From Octopus vulgaris (lineage: Eukaryota): 64,000 bases of DNA. The stretch lies in contig OX597822.1 of the NCBI GenBank assembly GCA_951406725.2, positions 48,298,001 to 48,362,000 on the forward strand. Direction: 5' to 3'. The notes under the pieces are model-generated. The model ran no database searches. It had not been told where the DNA came from and saw only the letters and a list, made by a program, of their open reading frames with translations. This document shows, one piece after another, positions 57,602 to 64,000 of the stretch. Numbering within the stretch: the stretch's first letter is position 1; each line of letters opens with the position of its first letter. Made by a program: the position numbers and the translations under genes.

Positions 57602-57645
<44 letters not shown>

Positions 57646-57650
57646 GAAGG

Positions 57651-57701
57651 AGCTTCTACAGGACTAGAACTGTTTCATTCAAGAGAAATCTTCAGGAAGC
57701 T
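57651..57701 (-). ncRNA. Type I hammerhead ribozyme motif
   Basis: Same as 15578-15628 except one loop base; within ~200 bp (57643-57850) shared with 15571-15775. Confidence 0.75.
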
Positions 57702-58014
57702 AGTTAACAAGAATTGTATTGGCATTTATACATTTAGGCAGGTTTAAAGGGGTGGTGGTGGGGGACTTTTTGGGGGTAGGCATAGCGCAAAAATATCATA
57801 CTTGGGGGAGTGGTCAAGGAGTCAGTGGTAAATTAGGTAAAAGAATAAATAAAAGAGTAAAAAAATATATAGAAGAATAGAGTTTTAGGTAAATAAGGAG
57901 ATTCTCACTTATACCTATACACATATGTATACATATATACACACACACACATATACACACACACACATATATATATACACATATATATACATACATATAT
58001 CTACACATACATAT

Positions 58015-58055
<41 letters not shown>

Positions 58056-58665
58056 CACATGCATATACATATACACACACACATGTATATATACACACAC
58101 GACCACACATACATATACATACAAAAATATATATATACATACACACACATACACATACACACACACCCACACATATCCACATACACACATGTACACACAA
58201 CACACAAGTCCCTATATACACATATATACATATACACATATATATACATATATATACATATATATATATATACATACGTGTACCTATACATACCTACACA
58301 TACACACATATATATATATATACATACAAATACAGACCCATTCCCTAATTTTAATTTTATTATCTTCATTTATTACTTTTGTTATCTTTGACCGCTGGTC
58401 ACAGGCGTCTTGGCTACCACAGCAAGTCCATTTATCTTTCTACTTGAACACAAGCACTCACTCACGCACGCACACTCATTAGCACGCACACTCACTCATT
58501 CGTACAATCATACACATACACGCACGCACGCGTTATATTCATACATACATACATCTACATACATTCACATATATACACATACGTACGCGTACCTACAGAT
58601 TCATGTCTACAAGCTTAGAAGACTAGTCTATACATATACACCAATGAATATATATATATACATAC

Positions 58666-58702
<37 letters not shown>

Positions 58703-58753
58703 CCAATAAATATATATATATATATACACACATACATATACACCTACATACAA

Positions 58754-58800
<47 letters not shown>

Positions 58801-59217
58801 TATACATACATATATACATATACATACATACATACATTCACCCATACATATATACACATACACACACCCACACGTATACATATACATACATATACGCGCA
58901 TGCATACACATACATATACATACACATACACATATACATATACACACATGTATACATATATACGTATATATATATATACGCATATATACATACATACATT
59001 CACCCATACATACATACATATATACACATACACACACACACGCACGCGCCTCCTTATGTTCATACTTACATGCATACTCAAAAAATAAATAATAATAAAA
59101 TATATATACGTGCAGTTATTCATATACATACATGCATACTCAAAAAATAAATAATAAATATTAAGTATATATACGTGCAGTTACCTATTATACAGACGGA
59201 TACATACATATAAACTT

Positions 59218-59262
<45 letters not shown>

Positions 59263-59429
59263 CTTACACATATGTACACATACATACACACATACATAAC
59301 TCTACGTACCTACATATACATAAACATACGAGCGTACACGTATATGTACATATACACATACACATACACACACATATATACATACATACATATACATACA
59401 CACATATATATACATACACACACACATAT

Positions 59430-59443
59430 ATATATATATATAA

Positions 59444-59480
<37 letters not shown>

Positions 59481-59525
59481 CATACACACACACATACATA
59501 CATATATATACACACACATACACAT

Positions 59526-59584
<59 letters not shown>

Positions 59585-59950
59585 TATATACATATACATA
59601 CACATACATACACATACATATACATATACACACATGCACACACACACATACATATATACATACACACACACATACATATACATACACACATACACACATA
59701 TATATATATAAAAAAAAATATATATATACATATACATATACATGCGTGCAAACATACATACATACTCATACACATACACACATTTACATATACATATATA
59801 CATACACTTACACACATATATATACATATATATATATATATACATATATATACATATATACACATATACACATATGTACACATACACACACACATTCACA
59901 TATATATACATATATACATATACATACATACACATATACATACATACACA

Positions 59951-59986
<36 letters not shown>

Positions 59987-60400
59987 CCCACACCTACACA
60001 TACACACATATATACATATATACATACATATACACACATACTCACACACACACATATATATACATACATACACATACACATACACATATATATATACATA
60101 CACATACACATGCACATACGTATAACTCTACATACCCACATATATATATATATATATACACACACATATATATATACATATATATATATGTATATATACA
60201 CACATATATATATATATATACCCGTCTACAATCTGTATATACACACACATACATGCACATACACATAACTTTACATACCTACATATACATCGACATACTC
60301 GCGTACACTTATATATATATATACATATACATACATATACACACACATATACATATATATATATACATATATATAAACACATACACATACACAGACATAC

Positions 60401-60435
<35 letters not shown>

Positions 60436-60436
60436 T

Positions 60437-60492
<56 letters not shown>

Positions 60493-61142
60493 ACAATTGA
60501 GGGTAAAGTTAATTAGTTATTAATCAATTTCACCAAGTATTCAGTATGTAAAAGGACCATTATTTTTTTGAATAAACATTGTCTGAGAGAAAATTTTCTT
60601 TAAGTAGTGGAAATGGCTAAAAAACTTTTTGGGCTGCTATTTCTAGAAAGTTCAGTATGTGGCAAAGTAATTTATTTTACTAAGCCCTAATTATATAATA
60701 TTTTATATCTACATACACATACATACACACATACATATGCACACACATATGCATACACACATATATATATATACATATATACATATATACACACACGCAC
60801 ACACACACACACATACATATATATATATTTTTTTACATACATACACACACACACACACACATAATACATGCGTATATTCCTACTATACCCATACATTTCT
60901 ATACATATATACGATACACATATACAACATATACACATATACAAGCGTGCACATACAATATGTGAAAGGTCTTAGGAGAAAAGGTAATCGGGGGTGCTAG
61001 GGGAACGGTGGGATTGGGGGTTTTTTTGGGTGGGGTGTCATCAATCTGGTTGCCGGGTAGGTCTATAGTTCTTGTAGTTTGCATAATTCTTATGCATGCA
61101 ATTTGGAGAGTGTTCTGAGATCTTGTTAAGGAGAGGGCCTTT
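59430..61142 (-). repeat. Left arm of long inverted repeat (inverted Penelope 3' end/pLTR)
   Basis: Reverse complement of 62297-64000, including unique blocks 60491-60692 and 60940-61142. Confidence 0.9.
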
Positions 61143-62398
61143 TCCACGACGGATCCCACTGGATCAACAAAAAATCTGTGACCCCCTTCGACGTCAGCAT
61201 GGGTGCTAGCGACTCGGCTGAAATAAGTGACCTAGTGGGCCTTTTCATCCTCCATAGGCTGAAAACCCTATTCACAGGCCTCTCCGGTGGTCTTTACCGC
61301 GATGACGGCCTTTTCGCCCTCCACAAAATAAACCCCAGGACCACGGATGGGTTCCGGAAAAATCTTTACACCTTCTTTAAAAACTTAGGCCTTAGGATTA
61401 CCTTAGAATCAAATTTAACCAAAGCTAACTTCCTTGACGTCACCCTAGACTTAAAAACCTCACTTTATTACCCGTACCACAAACCAAATGAATCCCTTAG
61501 ATATATAGATATTAATTCCAACCACCCCAAAAATATATTAGATAACCTAGTAAAAAGTGTCTCAATTAGAATTTCTAGCCTGTCCGCCACGGAAGATATC
61601 TTTAAGGTCGCAGCCCCCTATTACAACGAGGCCCTGGCCCGTAGTGGCTTTAAAGATAAGATTACCTCTACTAGTATAGCCCCACGCCAACCCAGGAAAA
61701 ATAGACGAAGACACATTAGCTGGTACAACCTCCCCTTCAACCGTGAGGTCGCTACACCTGTAGCTAAAATCTTCTTCACTCTCCTACAGAAACACTTCCC
61801 CACCCAACATAAGTACTACACTATCCTAAATAAGAACACTATTAGACTCTCCTACTCTACCACGCCCAATCTAGCCAGGAACCTAGCCAACAACAATGTG
61901 AAAAAACTTAGTATATCTACTTTTTCCGAGGCCCATCCAACGTCCGATAGCAATTGCAACTGCCCTGATAAAACCACCTGCCCCCTCAACAACAACTGCC
62001 TACAGAGGGACCTAGTATATACATGCGAGGTAAGATCAGGCCCTGACGATAAAAGAAAATCCTACATCGGAATGACGTCAAACAGCTTTAAGACCCGTTG
62101 GTACGCCCACACACACTCGTTCCGGCGACCGGATAAATCCAACCAAACTACCCTCGCCGCCCACATCTGGTACCTTAAAAGGAACTCCATCCCCTTCAAG
62201 ACCAAGTGGAAACTACTACAGAAGGCGCGTTCGTACACAGGAGGCCATACCTGCTGTGACCTTTGCATTTCGGAGAGCCTAGAGATCTTGTTCGCCAAAG
62301 GCCCTCTCCTTAACAAGATCTCAGAACACTCTCCAAATTGCATGCATAAGAATTATGCAAACTACAAGAACTATAGACCTACCCGGCAACCAGATTGA
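61139..62398 (+). CDS. Penelope-like element ORF, 5'-truncated RT + C-terminal GIY-YIG endonuclease
   Basis: FDVSMGASDSAEISDLVG, GLYRDDG, NFLDVTLDL, SNHP; CNCx5CPLx3C; LVY...YIG...FKTRWYAH; CDLCISE; LLNK. No stop within the retained part. Confidence 0.92.
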   Translation, partial: LFHDGSHWINKKSVTPFDVSMGASDSAEISDLVGLFILHRLKTLFTGLSGGLYRDDGLFALHKINPRTTDGFRKNLYTFFKNLGLRITLESNLTKANFLDVTLDLKTSLYYPYHKPNESLRYIDINSNHPKNILDNLVKSVSIRISSLSATEDIFKVAAPYYNEALARSGFKDKITSTSIAPRQPRKNRRRHISWYNLPFNREVATPVAKIFFTLLQKHFPTQHKYYTILNKNTIRLSYSTTPNLARNLANNNVKKLSISTFSEAHPTSDSNCNCPDKTTCPLNNNCLQRDLVYTCEVRSGPDDKRKSYIGMTSNSFKTRWYAHTHSFRRPDKSNQTTLAAHIWYLKRNSIPFKTKWKLLQKARSYTGGHTCCDLCISESLEILFAKGPLLNKISEHSPNCMHKNYANYKNYRPTRQPD

Positions 62399-62647
62399 TG
62401 ACACCCCACCCACAAACCCCCCCAATCCCACCGTTCCCCTAGCACCCCCGATTACCTTTTCTCCTAAGACCTTTCACATATTGTATGTGCACGCTTGTAT
62501 ATGTGTATATGTTGTATATGTGTATCGTATATATGTATAGAAATGTATGGGTATAGTAGGAATATACGCATGTATTATGTGTGTGTGTGTGTGTGTATGT
62601 ATGTAAAAAAATATATATATATGTATGTGTGTGTGTGTGTGTGTGTG

Positions 62648-62688
<41 letters not shown>

Positions 62689-62983
62689 ATGCATATGTGT
62701 GTGCATATGTATGTGTGTATGTATGTGTATGTAGATATAAAATATTATATAATTAGGGCTTAGTAAAATAAATTACTTTGCCACATACTGAACTTTCTAG
62801 AAATAGCAGCCAAAAAAGTTTTTTAGCCATTTCCACTACTTAAAGAAAATTTTCTCTCAGACAATGTTTATTCAAAAAAATAATGGTCCTTTTACATACT
62901 GAATACTTGGTGAAATTGATTAATAACTAATTAACTTTACCCTCAATTGTTGATATATATATATATATATATATGTATGTGTA

Positions 62984-63018
<35 letters not shown>

Positions 63019-63444
63019 GTGTGTGTGTGTATGTGTATGTGTTTATATATATGTATATATATATATGTATATGTGTGTGTATATGTATGTATATGTATAT
63101 ATGTATATATAAGTGTAGGCGAGTATGTCGATGTATATGTAGGTATGTAAAGTTATGTGTATGTGCATGTATGTGTGTGTGTATACAGATTGTAGATGGG
63201 TATATATATATATATGTGTGTGTATATATACATATATATATATGTATATATATATATATGTGTGTATATATATATATATATATGTATATGTGGGTATGTA
63301 GAGTTATACGTATGTGCATGTGTATGTGTATGTATATATATATGTATGTGTATGTGTATGTATGTATATATATGTGTGTGTGTGTGTGTGTATGTGTGTA
63401 TATGTATGTATATATGTATATATGTGTGTATGTGTAGGTGTGGG

Positions 63445-63480
<36 letters not shown>

Positions 63481-63582
63481 TGTGTATGTATGTATATGTG
63501 TATGTATGTATATGTATATATGTATATATATGTGAATGTGTGTGTGTATGTGTACATATGTGTATATGTGTATATATGTATA

Positions 63583-63633
<51 letters not shown>

Positions 63634-63842
63634 AAGTGTGTGTATATATGTATATGTAAGTGTGTGTATGTGTATGAGTATGTATGTATGTTTGCAAGCA
63701 TGTATATGTATATGTATATGTATATATATATATATTTATATATATATATATATGTATGTGTGTGTATGTATATATGTATGTGTGTGTGTGCATGTGTGTA
63801 TATGTATATGTATGTGTATGTATGTGTATGTATATGTATATA

Positions 63843-63897
<55 letters not shown>

Positions 63898-63952
63898 ATG
63901 TGTATGTGTGTGTTGTATATGTATGTATGTGTGTGTGTATGTGTGTATATAA

Positions 63953-64000
<48 letters not shown>
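62297..64000 (+). repeat. Right arm of inverted repeat (Penelope ORF end + microsatellite-rich 3' region); runs off the window
   Basis: See left arm. Confidence 0.9.

Overview
AT-rich, microsatellite-saturated eukaryotic DNA with no supportable host protein-coding exon. The SINE families and repeat landscape suggest an octopus/cephalopod genome (inference). Almost all entries in the ORF track are translations of (TA)n, (CA)n, (TATC)n, (CATA)n or trinucleotide tracts. The real coding content is transposon-derived: a 5'-truncated Penelope-like element (RT + GIY-YIG, 61.1-62.4 kb) inside a >=1.7 kb inverted repeat, an internally deleted CR1-type LINE ORF2 (54.4-57.0 kb), a Helitron PIF1-helicase pseudogene, a DD34E Tc1 fossil, and R4/Dong-like endonuclease fragments. 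At least three tRNA-type SINE families and several hAT MITEs are also present. The most striking unannotated signal is a population of short (100-500 bp) modules sitting in (TA)n tracts that carry hammerhead-ribozyme cores (CUGANGA...GAAA...UH): seven type I motifs read by eye, plus four copies of a permuted variant. One motif appears to cap the inverted arm of the Penelope element. A second clear observation is that the dominant SINE shares its 3' tail with the CR1-type LINE. All alignments and folds were done by eye; boundaries are approximate.
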